A stretch of DNA of 64,000 nucleotides, taken from an uncultured Dehalococcoidia bacterium (lineage in GTDB: Bacteria > Chloroflexota > Dehalococcoidia > Lucifugimonadales > GCA-2712585). The stretch spans positions 1,030 to 65,029 of the forward strand of contig CAZPLA010000011.1 in NCBI GenBank assembly GCA_964587385.1, written 5' to 3'. The position numbers were made by a program, and so were the translations under genes. Each line of letters starts with the position of its first letter. Positions within the stretch are counted from its first letter, which is position 1. Below are positions 1 through 10,667 of this stretch, one piece after another. The notes beneath the pieces are model-generated. The model was not told the DNA's origin. It saw nothing but the letters and a program-made list of their open reading frames with translations, and did no database searches.

Positions 1-260
1 GATGTTCAATTAGCCAAGCGTCTGCCTCCATGTTAACCGAACTTCTATCAAACAAGCATCTGGATGAATTAAAAAGGATATCCTATTTGTTTAGGTCCAT
101 GATGCGCGGCGAAAAGTTATCCTCGAGTGAAATGTCCTCGATCGAAGGCCTTGAAGTCCTCGAAGGAGTGAGAAAGTTTCCTATACGAATCAAATGTGCA
201 TTATTAGCTTGGGCTGCTCTGGAAGACGGCATAGAAGAATACTCGCTAAAAAATTCTTAA
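1..260 (+). CDS. sufU: SufU/IscU-type Fe-S cluster scaffold, C-terminal part (5' end lies outside the window)
   Basis: The frame is open from the window edge (codons from nt 3 read CSISQASASMLTE). It continues to LEGVRKFPIRIKCALLAWAALEDG. Both stretches match the conserved GCSISxASASMMT and KFPxRIKCAxLxW motifs of SufU. Confidence 0.7.
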   Translation, partial: CSISQASASMLTELLSNKHLDELKRISYLFRSMMRGEKLSSSEMSSIEGLEVLEGVRKFPIRIKCALLAWAALEDGIEEYSLKNS

Positions 261-279
261 AAAAGATCCTTAAGTTTAA

Positions 280-1953
280 TTAGGAATCTACTCTAATGTG
301 CATCCAAAATCCATACTCAGACAAATACCCAGTAGGATAGAATCCTTGAACGCGGCTTTGGAATGCCCATAAATTGCCATTAGCCCCAATACCTACCATA
401 TATGCTTTATCAAGAAGATGAAGCTGGATATCCTTGAAAATTAATCCCCTCTCATAAGTTCCCTTAATCCCATTCTGAAGCTCTATTAATTGGTCTAGTT
501 TCGCATCCGAATGTCCGATTATGTTCCATCTGCCAGCACTATGAAGATTGGCAAATAAGTAATTATTGGGACCGTAAGTTATTGGTAACGGTCCAAGGAA
601 AGCTTGAAAATCTTTCTTTCCCCATACTTTCTCGGCATATTGTTCAGGGTTTAAGACAGTTATTCTTGAATTTAGACCACTTTGATTCAAATCATGTGCA
701 ATCGCTTCAGACATATCAATATAAACATCACCATAATCAGCAACCAACACATCAAAGTTTATAGGACTGAAAACAATACTACTATCTCTGTTATTCAATT
801 CAAAAAATGGTTCCATCTCAGTTGATTCTAATAACCATGCTACATCCATCATAGGAATTCCCAAATTAACCGACCCGTATCCATTCCATTGTGATTCCAA
901 ATATTTCCATGGCTCTAATGCCCGAAACAACAGTCTTCTCACTTCTGGATCATTAAAAGGAGGTTTACTAGAATTTAATGTAAGCACCAGTCCTTTCCCT
1001 CCTTGTTTAGTAAACAAAGTGGTATATTTCGAACTCTGACTGGTAAATTTATCCCACGAACCTTGGGGTACGTCATAAATGTCTACCGCTCCTGTAACAA
1101 AAGCAGCCAACTGAGTTTCTGGATCCTGGATGACTCTAAATGATAAATGTTCTAGGTGGGGCAACTCTGGATCAAAATAATTCGTATTGGCTTCAAAGTC
1201 AGACCCGACTCCCATCTCAGTTTTTAGCCATACCCATGGTCCAGTACCTACTACAGGACTATTATTCAATCCCCCATAAGTTTCAATTACATCTCTTGAC
1301 ACAATCTTGCTATGGCCATCAGCTACAGCAAAAAGGAAATCAACATCTGGATGCTTAAGATCAAACTGTAAAGTTAAATTCCCATCTGCTTTCACTTCAT
1401 CCATAGCCCATAATATAGACCCGTTTGGCCATCCATCAGTTCGTTGACGTCCATAACTATAAACTAAATCATCAGCAACCAGAGGCCTAGACTTAAATGG
1501 TTGAATATTGTGCCACATGACATCTTCTCTTAGCTGAAATCTATAGGTTAGTGGGTCTATTATTTCCCAGCTCTTACACAAATCGCATTCTAAAATTAAA
1601 CCAGGTTGCTGAACTTCTGGTCCAGTTTTTAATTTTAGTAGACGACTATAAGAGATCCCTGGGCCTCTGCTGACAAGAGTTTCAGAAATACTTTGGTGTA
1701 TATCCCGATTAAAAATATCAGCCGATACTATAGAGGTTATGCTTCCTCTAAATAACTCGGGCATTGAATCTGAATCTGGAGTATTTATCATGGCTGGAGT
1801 AGCAATAAAATTTGAATTAGACACTTCACTCTCAAAACTTTCTGAGTCTAACGATGCCGTGCAGCCATAAACAACTTGAATTGCCACCAGTAAAAAAATT
1901 AATCTGCCTAAACTTGTCATGAATAGGTATTTTTTTTCATTAGAATAAGTCAA
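280..1953 (-). CDS. ABC transporter substrate-binding lipoprotein, family 5 (peptide/nickel/opine type)
   Basis: 557 aa with a signal peptide and lipobox (LLVAIQVVYGC). The SWEIIDPLTYRFQLREDVMWHN...PLVADDLVYSYGR region is typical of SBP_bac_5 proteins. Confidence 0.65.
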   Translation of the reverse strand: MTYSNEKKYLFMTSLGRLIFLLVAIQVVYGCTASLDSESFESEVSNSNFIATPAMINTPDSDSMPELFRGSITSIVSADIFNRDIHQSISETLVSRGPGISYSRLLKLKTGPEVQQPGLILECDLCKSWEIIDPLTYRFQLREDVMWHNIQPFKSRPLVADDLVYSYGRQRTDGWPNGSILWAMDEVKADGNLTLQFDLKHPDVDFLFAVADGHSKIVSRDVIETYGGLNNSPVVGTGPWVWLKTEMGVGSDFEANTNYFDPELPHLEHLSFRVIQDPETQLAAFVTGAVDIYDVPQGSWDKFTSQSSKYTTLFTKQGGKGLVLTLNSSKPPFNDPEVRRLLFRALEPWKYLESQWNGYGSVNLGIPMMDVAWLLESTEMEPFFELNNRDSSIVFSPINFDVLVADYGDVYIDMSEAIAHDLNQSGLNSRITVLNPEQYAEKVWGKKDFQAFLGPLPITYGPNNYLFANLHSAGRWNIIGHSDAKLDQLIELQNGIKGTYERGLIFKDIQLHLLDKAYMVGIGANGNLWAFQSRVQGFYPTGYLSEYGFWMHIRVDS

Positions 1954-1955
1954 CT

Positions 1956-2963
1956 TTAATCATAATTTCTGGTTTTTGAATCATTCCACTGCGGTTGTTT
2001 AATTCCCTTAATGCCTCTAGTCCCTATTAAAGGCAGAGACCCCAAAGTAATAAGTATTGGTGGTAGAAACAAAAAAACATGCATTATCAACGCATAACTA
2101 AACGCAACATCTTGTTGTACCCCAAAAAGCTTCAGCATATAAACAATAGCAAACTCGAATGTCCCAAGAGCGGCCGGTAGAGACGGAATAGACGTGGCGA
2201 CATATATGGTACTAATTATAGCAACAGTAGCCATGAACGGGGAAATCCCTAAGTCCATTCCTAAAGCTATAACCCAAGAAGCAATTCCTATTAAAATCCA
2301 ATATACAAAAGTAAGAACAAATGTAGAAACTAGATTGCCTTTGGCCCCCGCTAAGTCTGCTAAAGAGGCGGCTGATGACGCAATCACAGGAAACTTGTTA
2401 AAAAAGGATTTACTACTTGCCCAAGAAAATATCTTTACCATGAATATAGAAATAATTGCTACCAGCAATAATCCTAGTCCATATGGAACAAAATCACCCA
2501 AGTTCGGAATCAAAGCTAAGCCCACTAAAAGTAAAGTAACAGTAACAACCAGATCAAACAATCTTTCCAGTCCCAAAGTGACAATAGCCGTGCCTCCACC
2601 AATTTTATAGCGCCATCTCAACAACGCAAATTGAGTTACCTCTCCCAATAATCGAACTGGAGTCAAACTGCCTACACCCAAACCTATATTTTGAATCAAA
2701 AATAGCCTCCGAACTGAAATGCGATCCTGTATAAATAACGTTTGCCATCTGAAAGCCCTTATAATGCTAGCTCCTAAAAACAAAAGCAAAGCCAGAAACC
2801 CCAACAAAATCGGAAGGTTAAGAGTATGATTCCATACGCTAGACCAATTGATATCATTAATTGCAATCCAACCAAAAGTCACGCTGAAGAATACCCCTAA
2901 CAACATCTGAACAGGGCCCTTCAAAACCCGATTCATAACAAATTTATGGAGTTTTTCGAGCAT
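1956..2963 (-). CDS. Polytopic membrane protein, UPF0104 / lysylphosphatidylglycerol-synthase-TM-like (flippase-like) family
   Basis: 335 aa with about 8 hydrophobic segments. It has the IRAFRWQ motif after TM2 that is typical of this family. Confidence 0.5.
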   Translation of the reverse strand: MLEKLHKFVMNRVLKGPVQMLLGVFFSVTFGWIAINDINWSSVWNHTLNLPILLGFLALLLFLGASIIRAFRWQTLFIQDRISVRRLFLIQNIGLGVGSLTPVRLLGEVTQFALLRWRYKIGGGTAIVTLGLERLFDLVVTVTLLLVGLALIPNLGDFVPYGLGLLLVAIISIFMVKIFSWASSKSFFNKFPVIASSAASLADLAGAKGNLVSTFVLTFVYWILIGIASWVIALGMDLGISPFMATVAIISTIYVATSIPSLPAALGTFEFAIVYMLKLFGVQQDVAFSYALIMHVFLFLPPILITLGSLPLIGTRGIKGIKQPQWNDSKTRNYD

Positions 2964-3036
2964 ATCTTTATCATTTCAGCATAAAATAATCGAATCAATA
3001 GTATAATTTAAGAGTTGGACCAAAATATAGAGGAAT

Positions 3037-3825
3037 TTGATGTCACTACTAATCGATTGCCATACACATATAAATGATTTCCCACCATCAGAGATCTCGA
3101 GTGTTATAGAAAGGGCGTTCTTAGAAGGAGTAGAAATAATAATATCTGCTGGAACTACCTTGCAGTCATCCCAAGCATGCGTAGAATTAACTCAGGCTCA
3201 TAGTCAGGTTTATTGCGGTGTGGGACTCCATCCTATGAATCTATCTGGACCTATCGATAAACAAACCTACCAGAATCTAGAGAGATTGGCGGTTGAGAAC
3301 CCCAAAGTAGTATGTATCAGTGAAATTGGTCTAGACTTTCTTCCCACGTCTCCCAAACACGAACATCAATATCAGGCATTCCGGAATCAGATACAATTAG
3401 CAAAGGATCTTAATAAACCAATAATCTTTCATTCAAGGGAATCAAATCCAGAAGTAATACAAACGCTGCAACGTGAAAATGCCAATCAAGTGGGTGGAGT
3501 TTTTCACTATTTTCAAGGAGATCTAAATACAGCTAAGGCTAGTATCGAATTAGGATTCTACATTTCATTTGCTAAGCCATTACTTACATTACCATGGTTG
3601 CAAGAAATAGCTAAAAAAGTGCCCCTAGACCAAATAGTGGTAGAAACAGATTCCGCTCCTCAACCATGGAAAAAATACCGCAAAAACTGGACAGAACCAT
3701 CGCATTTGCCACTAGTAGTAAGTAAGTTAGCAGAATTAAAAGAAGTTCCTGTTGAGACAGTAATCAGCCAAACTACATATAATATTTCCAAATTGCTCAA
3801 CATAGATTTGCCAAAATTACCGTGA
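3037..3825 (+). CDS. tatD: TatD-family metal-dependent hydrolase/DNase
   Basis: Motifs DCHTHIN, GLHP, EIGLD, IFHSRE, HYFQG and VETDSAP occur in the canonical order. Confidence 0.85.
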   Translation: MMSLLIDCHTHINDFPPSEISSVIERAFLEGVEIIISAGTTLQSSQACVELTQAHSQVYCGVGLHPMNLSGPIDKQTYQNLERLAVENPKVVCISEIGLDFLPTSPKHEHQYQAFRNQIQLAKDLNKPIIFHSRESNPEVIQTLQRENANQVGGVFHYFQGDLNTAKASIELGFYISFAKPLLTLPWLQEIAKKVPLDQIVVETDSAPQPWKKYRKNWTEPSHLPLVVSKLAELKEVPVETVISQTTYNISKLLNIDLPKLP

Positions 3826-3845
3826 AGTCTTAGTCTATTATTACA

Positions 3846-4265
3846 ATGACCTCCATAGATGATCAATTAATAATATTGCCGCAAAAATTCGCAAAAGAGA
3901 TAACTGACCATGCGATTAAAGAGTACCCGAACGAATGTTGCGGAATATTAGCAGGAACAAAGAATCAATTTTTGCAGCTATTTAGAATGACTAATGTGGA
4001 ATCAAGCCCGTATAGATTTAGTTGGGATCCCAAAGAATTGTTCAAAGCTTGGAATACTATGGAGGATAATCAATGGGAACATCGTGCCGTATATCATTCC
4101 CATACTCACAGCCAAGCCTATCCATCAGATACAGATGTACGTCTAGCAGCATGGCCAGACGCCTTCTATCTGATTATTTCACTCGCTGATAAAGAAAACC
4201 CTGTAATACGAATTTTCCAAATACTGGACGGGAAAATAAGTGAAAAGAGGATGATTACCCAATAG
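3846..4265 (+). CDS. JAB/MPN (Mov34) domain metalloprotease
   Basis: Contains ECCGIL and the JAMM motif HSHTHSQAYPSDTD. Confidence 0.8.
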   Translation: MTSIDDQLIILPQKFAKEITDHAIKEYPNECCGILAGTKNQFLQLFRMTNVESSPYRFSWDPKELFKAWNTMEDNQWEHRAVYHSHTHSQAYPSDTDVRLAAWPDAFYLIISLADKENPVIRIFQILDGKISEKRMITQ

Positions 4266-4368
4266 GAATATCATGCACATTTCCAAAACTCAAACTTCTT
4301 TTCATTTTTTAAAAATCCTACGTTATTTTATATAAGTCGTGTATACGCTTATTCGATAGATCATTAAC

Positions 4369-5502
4369 ATGAAAAACGTCATACAAGAAACTGTAAGGTT
4401 AATTGAAAACGGAGAACCATGCGTATTGGTCAGTGTGGTCCGAACTAAAGGATCGACTCCACAGAAACCCGGGGCTAAATTACTAGTCAAAAAAGACGGC
4501 AGCGGAATAGGAACTCTAGGCGGAGGATGCGTAGAGGGGGATATTTGGTTTGCTGCACAAGAGATTCTGAGACATAAAAGCGGTCCTGAGTTCAAAGATT
4601 ATTATCTCAATGAAGATATTGCCGCAAGAGATGGCTTAGTTTGCGGCGGTACGATGTATTTCTTCATCGAACCCATAGTAAACAACTCTAAATTCGTTCA
4701 CCATGCAAAAGAAATCTTAACGGCGTATGACGGAGGCCCACCAGTAGGAATTGCGACGATAGTAAGGTCCAGTTATCAACAAGACCTTGGAAACAAGGTA
4801 ATGCTAAGAGATGATGGAACAGTTGTTGGTTCATTAGGATCGCAGATGGCTGACAAATTGGCTATAGAATCTTTAAAAAAAATAATGGACTTAGGTAATA
4901 ATACACACCTGATCATTGATGATAATACAGAAATCTTTGTTGAAGGATTCACAACTCCCCCAACTGTGGTAATTATGGGAGGGGGACATGTAGGAAAGGC
5001 TACTTACGATTTAGCAAGTACCTTAGGTTTCCGTACATTTGTAGTGGATGATAGGGCAGAGTTCGCAAATACAACCCGATTTCCGATGGCTGAAGGAACT
5101 ATAGTGTCTGATTTTTCCACCGGTCTTAATGAAATACCAATTAACACCAATACTTACATAGTAATAGCTACAAGAGGCCATCATCAGGACGATATCGCAT
5201 TAGAATCCGCTATCAATAAGGACGCCATATACGTTGGTCTGATGGGAAGCAAACGTAAAACTATATTAATTTACAAGAGATTACTTAATAAGGGATATTC
5301 TTCAGAAAAACTTCGAACAATTTATGCCCCTATCGGTCTAGACTTAGGGGCTATAACACCAGAAGAAATTGCTGTAAGTATAATTTCCGAGATCATAATG
5401 ATCAGAAGAGGTGGATTAGGAAAATCCATGCAAATGAATGACCCGGAATTGCGAAAAATCATAGGAAAACCTGCTGTGAATCAATGGATAACATCGCAGT
5501 AA
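4369..5502 (+). CDS. xdhC: XdhC/CoxI-family molybdoenzyme maturation protein
   Basis: The N-terminal VVRTKGSTPQKPGAKLLV...LGGGCVEG region plus a C-terminal Rossmann-like VVIMGGGHVG is the typical XdhC architecture. Confidence 0.8.
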   Translation: MKNVIQETVRLIENGEPCVLVSVVRTKGSTPQKPGAKLLVKKDGSGIGTLGGGCVEGDIWFAAQEILRHKSGPEFKDYYLNEDIAARDGLVCGGTMYFFIEPIVNNSKFVHHAKEILTAYDGGPPVGIATIVRSSYQQDLGNKVMLRDDGTVVGSLGSQMADKLAIESLKKIMDLGNNTHLIIDDNTEIFVEGFTTPPTVVIMGGGHVGKATYDLASTLGFRTFVVDDRAEFANTTRFPMAEGTIVSDFSTGLNEIPINTNTYIVIATRGHHQDDIALESAINKDAIYVGLMGSKRKTILIYKRLLNKGYSSEKLRTIYAPIGLDLGAITPEEIAVSIISEIIMIRRGGLGKSMQMNDPELRKIIGKPAVNQWITSQ

Positions 5503-6098
5503 TACTTTTAGCTGCTGGTCAATCTAAGCGAATGGGAACTGCAAAATCACTCCTTCCCTGGAAAGGAATGCCTCTGATCGATTATCAAATAAGTGTGCTG
5601 ACTCAACTCAAATTGGAACCTGTTGTTGTTGTCCTGGGGCATAATGCACTTAAAGTTAAATCTAATATCTCTCGTAGATTAAACCCAATTATAGTCTATA
5701 ATCCTAAATATAAATCTGGGAAAACCAGTTCTATAGCAGAAGGACTGAAATGTTTAAAACCTTTCAACTCTAGTTCTCTAATGGTTATAAATGTTGATCA
5801 GCCTCGCACAGAGGAAACCTTAACCAAGTTAATTAATGATCACAAATGCAAGAAAGCGCTTATAAGCGCTCCAACTTATCAAGGAAAATCAGGGCACCCA
5901 TTGATATTATCTATGATGTTAATAGATGAATTAGACGCCATTAGCGAAGAGACTTATGGTATTAGAGCAATAGTCAATAAACATTTACAATCTGTGAATT
6001 GGGTCAGAGTGGAAAGTGAAGAAATACTTTTAGATATTAATTCAAATAGCGACTATTTATTAGCATACGAGAAATTTGGCAAGAATCCTGCGGTATAA
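5484..6098 (+). CDS. MobA-like NTP transferase (molybdenum cofactor cytidylyl/guanylyl-transferase, MocA-like)
   Basis: Has an ILLAAGQSKRMG..K.LLP..G N-terminus. It overlaps xdhC by 19 nt, which suggests an operon. Confidence 0.7.
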   Translation: MDNIAVILLAAGQSKRMGTAKSLLPWKGMPLIDYQISVLTQLKLEPVVVVLGHNALKVKSNISRRLNPIIVYNPKYKSGKTSSIAEGLKCLKPFNSSSLMVINVDQPRTEETLTKLINDHKCKKALISAPTYQGKSGHPLILSMMLIDELDAISEETYGIRAIVNKHLQSVNWVRVESEEILLDINSNSDYLLAYEKFGKNPAV

Positions 6099-6308
6099 AA
6101 TTGGGTGCTACGGAATTTCATTTTTTCCCTGTTTTTAATAGACCGTACATCTAGAATTGTGTTGCGAATGTCCAATTAGACTGTGATAATATAATTCGAT
6201 TTGCAGAGCAAAAACTGAATAATTCAATCAGGGATCATGATATTAATTGAAACTCCAGAAACCAACATCTAAGCAAGTCATATTATTAATCTTTTTACTA
6301 GGAGCCAT

Positions 6309-7550
6309 ATGCTGAAAGATAACAACTACCAGGGTATGGATAATAATAACACCCACGATCAAAATAAAGCTTTGGATGAATTACGTGTGATCGATCTTAC
6401 CCGAGCTTTGGCAGGCCCATATTGCACAATGATGCTAGCCGATTATGGCGCAAACGTGATTAAGATCGAGATGCCTATAAAAGGTGACGATACCAGACAT
6501 TGGGGGCCTCCTTTTGTTAATGGAGAAAGCACTTACTTTATGTCAATCAATCGCAACAAGCGCAGTATCACCTTGAATCTCAAAACCAAGAAAGGCCGAG
6601 ATATATTGCTTCAAATGACCAAATCTGCTGATGTTTTAGTTGAAAATTTCACACCCGGAGTAGTTGCAAGATTAGGTATCGACTATGAAATCGTATCAAA
6701 ACTCAATCCAAAAATAATCTATTGTTCAATCTCCGGATTCGGTCAAACCGGCCCATACAGGAAAAAACCCGCCTATGACCAGATGATGCAAGGATTAGGC
6801 GGTATCATGAGCATTACCGGAGAACCTGATGGTCCACCTCAAAAAATTGGAATGGCTCTAACCGATATTGGAGCAGGAATGTTAGCAGCTTACGGTGTAA
6901 TGACGGCGCTGTTTAATAGGGAAAGGACAGGAAAAGGGCAATATATAGACGTATCGATGCTAGATTTACAAGTTGCATGGTTAACTTATCAAGCTGGAGC
7001 ATATTTTGCCAATGGTCGGGTTCCCCAAAGAATGGGAGCGTCTCACTTAAGCTTAGTACCATACCAATCTTTTCAATGCTCAGACGGTAAATATGTGAAT
7101 GTAGCCGTAGGCAACGAGCGCTTCTGGCATAGGTTTTGTGAGGGTATAAACCGCAAAGATCTAACATCAATGACTAAATATGCTCAAAATGATGCTCGAG
7201 TTAAAAATAGAAAACAGCTGGTCGCAATTTTAGAATCTGAATTCAATAAACAGCCTGCGGCTTACTGGGTAAGCAGACTTGAAGAAGTTGGAGTTCCATG
7301 TGGACCCGTAAATGATATATCAGACGTTTTCAACGATCCCCAAGTATTATCAAGAAACATGAAAGTGGAGTTGCAACACCCCAGTACTGGGAAAATTAGC
7401 CAAACCGGTATACCAATAAAGTTTTCTAGAACTCCAGGAAATATAGAACTAGCACCTCCAACATTAGGGCAGAATACATTAGAAATACTCTCTGAATTAG
7501 GTTATTCTGAATCAGAAATTGCTGCATTAAAGGACGACGAAATCATATAA
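6309..7550 (+). CDS. Family III CoA-transferase (CaiB/BaiF type)
   Basis: LRVIDLTRALAGPYCTMMLADYGANVIKIE and the later GFGQTGPY are family hallmarks. Confidence 0.85.
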   Translation: MLKDNNYQGMDNNNTHDQNKALDELRVIDLTRALAGPYCTMMLADYGANVIKIEMPIKGDDTRHWGPPFVNGESTYFMSINRNKRSITLNLKTKKGRDILLQMTKSADVLVENFTPGVVARLGIDYEIVSKLNPKIIYCSISGFGQTGPYRKKPAYDQMMQGLGGIMSITGEPDGPPQKIGMALTDIGAGMLAAYGVMTALFNRERTGKGQYIDVSMLDLQVAWLTYQAGAYFANGRVPQRMGASHLSLVPYQSFQCSDGKYVNVAVGNERFWHRFCEGINRKDLTSMTKYAQNDARVKNRKQLVAILESEFNKQPAAYWVSRLEEVGVPCGPVNDISDVFNDPQVLSRNMKVELQHPSTGKISQTGIPIKFSRTPGNIELAPPTLGQNTLEILSELGYSESEIAALKDDEII

Positions 7551-7648
7551 CTAATAGCCACATTAAACGTTTGCTTTGCGTTATAGAGTTTTGTATTATG
7601 TACGCCGCACGGATTCCAAATCATATGTAACTCGGGGGAATACAATAA

Positions 7649-8443
7649 ATGGATCTAGGACTTAAGGAACGGGTCGCAATTATAGGCGGTTCGAGCAAGG
7701 GGCTAGGTAAAGCAATAGCTACTAGCCTGGCTAAAGAAGGAACCTACGTTACGATATGTGCCAGAACAGAATCCGAATTACGTAAAGCAGAAATGGAAAT
7801 CGCTAGAAGTGCTACGCAGCAGCACGTATTAGCTATCCCGGCCGATTTATCGCAAATAGAAGATATAAAACGAGTCGTACGGGACACGTATAATCGATTC
7901 GAACGCCTTGACATAGTTGTTAACAACACCGGAGGCCCACCTGCATTCAAACCGTCCGAACTGGAAGATTCTCAATGGTATGAAGCCTTGGAACAAAATT
8001 TCCTAAGTGCAGTTAGAATGAGCAAAGAAGTTATTCCACTTATGAAACAACAAAGATGGGGTAGAATAATTAATCTGTTATCTAATGTTGTAAAACAACC
8101 AGATTTAGATTTAGTTCTATCTACATCAACCCGGCTTGGAGTAGTGGGGTTTGCGAAGATGCTTTCTCAAGAATTAGGACGTTTCAATATTACGGTTAAC
8201 AACGTATTACCAGGACTAATTATGACCGACCGAATAACATCATTATTTGAATCCAAGGCACAAGCTCAAAATTCTGACGCTGAAGAATTACTACGTGGGA
8301 TAACTCAAAGTATTCCTGCTCGCCGCTTGGGAAGACCCGAGGAAATAGGCGACCTGGTAGCATTCGTTGCTTCAGAAAGAGCATCCTATTTGTCCGGGCA
8401 AAGTCTTAGCTTAGACGGTGGTGCTCTCTCCGGAATCATGTAA
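7649..8443 (+). CDS. Short-chain dehydrogenase/reductase (SDR)
   Basis: Has the cofactor motif GGSSKGLGKAIA and NNTGG. Length is 264 aa. Confidence 0.85.
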   Translation: MDLGLKERVAIIGGSSKGLGKAIATSLAKEGTYVTICARTESELRKAEMEIARSATQQHVLAIPADLSQIEDIKRVVRDTYNRFERLDIVVNNTGGPPAFKPSELEDSQWYEALEQNFLSAVRMSKEVIPLMKQQRWGRIINLLSNVVKQPDLDLVLSTSTRLGVVGFAKMLSQELGRFNITVNNVLPGLIMTDRITSLFESKAQAQNSDAEELLRGITQSIPARRLGRPEEIGDLVAFVASERASYLSGQSLSLDGGALSGIM

Positions 8444-8502
8444 TTGAACCTTCTTGGCTCAAAAGAAATTTAGTAAAGTCAGAGGGCTATATCACATGCT
8501 GA

Positions 8503-10185
8503 TTATCCTGTAACTGCGCCATAAGATGACGACGATACTAGTTTTGCATATTTGGCCAATGCTCCTGTATTATACTCAGTGGGCCTAGGTCTCCATAATT
8601 CAGACCTTCTACTCATTTCTTCTGGAGATATTTCCACTTCGATCGTTCGATTTGAAACATCAACCAAAATTATATCTCCTTCCTTCAACAACGCAATTGG
8701 TCCTCCAATTGCTGCCTCAGGAGCAACATGACCACCCATGAGGCCATGAGTAGCACCAGAAAATCGGCCATCAGTAACTAGAGCAACGCTTTCTCCCAAA
8801 CCTTGTCCCATAAGAGCTGAGGTAACCCCAAGCATTTCCCTCATACCCGGTCCACCTTTCGGCCCCTCATATCTAATAACCACTACATCATTAGGTTTAA
8901 TCAATTGTTGCTGTATTGCCAAAAAGGCCTCTTCCTCTGTATCGAATACACGAGCAGGCCCTCTTTGTTTTAGGTGTTGTTTTCCAGCAACTTTTACAAC
9001 AGACCCTTCCGGAGCAAGGTTACCCCTTAAAATTACTATGCCCCCAGTAGGCCCAAATGGCTTTTCAACTGTGGATACTATGTCAGTATGTGCAGGACCT
9101 TCCACTAACGCCAAATTTTCTTCCACTGTTTTCCCTGTAACAGTAAGAACATCACCAACAATAAGTCCAGCATCCAAGAGGCGTTTCATTATTACAGATA
9201 CTCCCCCAATTCTGTCTAGATCCGCCATAACGTAGCGCCCACCTGGTTTCATGTCAGCAATATAAGGAGTTTTATTACTTATGGAATCAAAATCATCTAT
9301 CGAAAGTGGCACACCTGCTTCATGAGCTATCGCAAGCAGATGTAATACTGCATTGGTAGAACCCCCCATAGCAACAACCAAAGTGATAGCATTCTGAAAT
9401 GCTTCCGTGGTCAAAATATCACTAGGTCGTATCCCTAATTTCAACAGATTCATTACCGCTTCTCCAGCTTTATAAGCAATTTGAGTTTTACGTTTATCTA
9501 CAGCTGGAATAGAAGCGTCCCCAGGAAGTGTCATTCCTAAAGCTTCAATCGCAGATGACATGGTATTAGCAGTAAACAATCCAGCGCATGACCCAGCTCC
9601 TGGACACGCTACACTCTCGATATCATGTAAATCCCCACGGGATATTGCACCTTTTGAAAACTTGCCAACTGCTTCAAAAACATCTTGAATAGTCACATCC
9701 CTATCCTGATATTTACCAGGAAGTATGGTCCCTCCATAAACGAATACCGTTGGTAAATTTAGTCTGGCTGCTGCCATCATTGTCCCAGGCAAATTCTTGT
9801 CGCATCCTGCAACAGTAACCAATCCATCCATCCCTTCTGCAAATGCTACCAACTCAATTGAATCGGCAATAATTTCACGGCTAACTAGCGATGCTTTCAT
9901 TCCTTGTGTTCCCATAGATATCCCATCACTCACCGTCAACACTCCAAATTCAAATGGTGTACCAAAGCTAGAACTGACTCCATCCTTTGTAGCTTTGACA
10001 ATGCTACCCAAATGATAGTTGCATGGTGTTAAATCACTCGCAAGATTCGCTACACCTACAAAAGGCTGGCCAAAATGTTGGTCCTTTAACCCCACCGCCC
10101 TAAGCATGGCTCGCGCAGGCGCCCTCGCAGGACCATCAACAACTTTGCTGCTTTTAATCCTCATCCCAGGATTAGACTCACCCAT
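8503..10185 (-). CDS. ilvD: Dihydroxy-acid dehydratase
   Basis: Collinear over 560 aa with the IlvD family, including CDKNLPG and [15 protein letters not shown]. An AGGAGG Shine-Dalgarno sits 8 nt upstream of the ATG. Confidence 0.95.
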   Translation of the reverse strand: MGESNPGMRIKSSKVVDGPARAPARAMLRAVGLKDQHFGQPFVGVANLASDLTPCNYHLGSIVKATKDGVSSSFGTPFEFGVLTVSDGISMGTQGMKASLVSREIIADSIELVAFAEGMDGLVTVAGCDKNLPGTMMAAARLNLPTVFVYGGTILPGKYQDRDVTIQDVFEAVGKFSKGAISRGDLHDIESVACPGAGSCAGLFTANTMSSAIEALGMTLPGDASIPAVDKRKTQIAYKAGEAVMNLLKLGIRPSDILTTEAFQNAITLVVAMGGSTNAVLHLLAIAHEAGVPLSIDDFDSISNKTPYIADMKPGGRYVMADLDRIGGVSVIMKRLLDAGLIVGDVLTVTGKTVEENLALVEGPAHTDIVSTVEKPFGPTGGIVILRGNLAPEGSVVKVAGKQHLKQRGPARVFDTEEEAFLAIQQQLIKPNDVVVIRYEGPKGGPGMREMLGVTSALMGQGLGESVALVTDGRFSGATHGLMGGHVAPEAAIGGPIALLKEGDIILVDVSNRTIEVEISPEEMSRRSELWRPRPTEYNTGALAKYAKLVSSSSYGAVTG

Positions 10186-10258
10186 AATAGAAGCCTCCTA
10201 TCGCGTACAGCTGACAGTATTATAAAAGATAATATAGCTAGTTATTATAATTGCCAAA

Positions 10259-10271
10259 GCTAGGCACGAAT
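10259..10271 (+). repeat. 13-nt exact repeat gctaggcacgaat, copy 1
   Basis: An identical 13-mer recurs at 12870-12882. Confidence 0.8.
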
Positions 10272-10302
10272 AGGGGGCTATCTAACCAATAGCCCCTTTT
10301 TT
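10272..10302 (+). terminator. Orphan intrinsic-terminator-like hairpin
   Basis: The stem GGGGCTAT (10274-10281) pairs with ATAGCCCC (10289-10296) around a 7-nt loop. It is followed by TTTTTT (10297-10302). No plus-strand gene lies upstream. Confidence 0.5.
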
Positions 10303-10324
10303 GGGAACGGATTTGGGAACGGAA
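10301..10324 (+). repeat. 24-nt exact repeat ttgggaacggatttgggaacggaa, copy 1 (itself a tandem of TTGGGAACGGA with a 12-nt period)
   Basis: An identical 24-mer recurs at 12804-12827 in the same orientation. Confidence 0.9.
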
Positions 10325-10667
10325 TCCCAGTATTGAGTGTCTGCTAGGCGTAAAAGATGGGGCATACATTAGCGACCCAGTAGGCGTGACCCCCCTATAG
10401 TATATATAGTGTGGAGTCGCGCGCGATTTGCACCAAGTTTTTGTGAAAGTATCCAAAAAAACCTTAAGAATTGAAATTTATTCTTGTCACTATATAATGA
10501 TTTTAAGTGTTCACTAGCATTTAGGAGTCTAAATCAGGGCTTTTCAAGCAGGGGGTCAAGGGTTCGAATGCCTCTACTCAAGCTAGATGCAAACTTAAAC
10601 TAACGACTAGAAATTCCATGGAGAATTAGGAAAGGAAGTCATCAAACTGAAGTTCATACTATTACTG

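Noticed and set aside
10397-10412. ATAGTATATATAGTGT resembles the NrdR-box consensus (14/16)
   Set aside because: It is a single box far from any nrd gene, in AT-rich TA-repeat sequence. It most likely resembles the consensus by chance.
10238-10456. Tracked 72-aa minus-strand ORF in the ilvD-lipoprotein spacer
   Set aside because: It has a TTG start and no ribosome-binding site. It runs across the terminator-like hairpin and the repeats, and shows no recognisable motif.
10551-10581. tRNA-like T-arm GGGGGTCAAGGGTTCGAATGCCTCTACTCA in the spacer upstream of the lipoprotein gene
   Set aside because: The T-loop TTCGAAT is present, but the flanking stem does not pair (AAGGG against GCCTC, with no G53-C61 pair). 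I could not find an acceptor or anticodon arm at tRNA or tmRNA distances. At most it is a decayed fragment.
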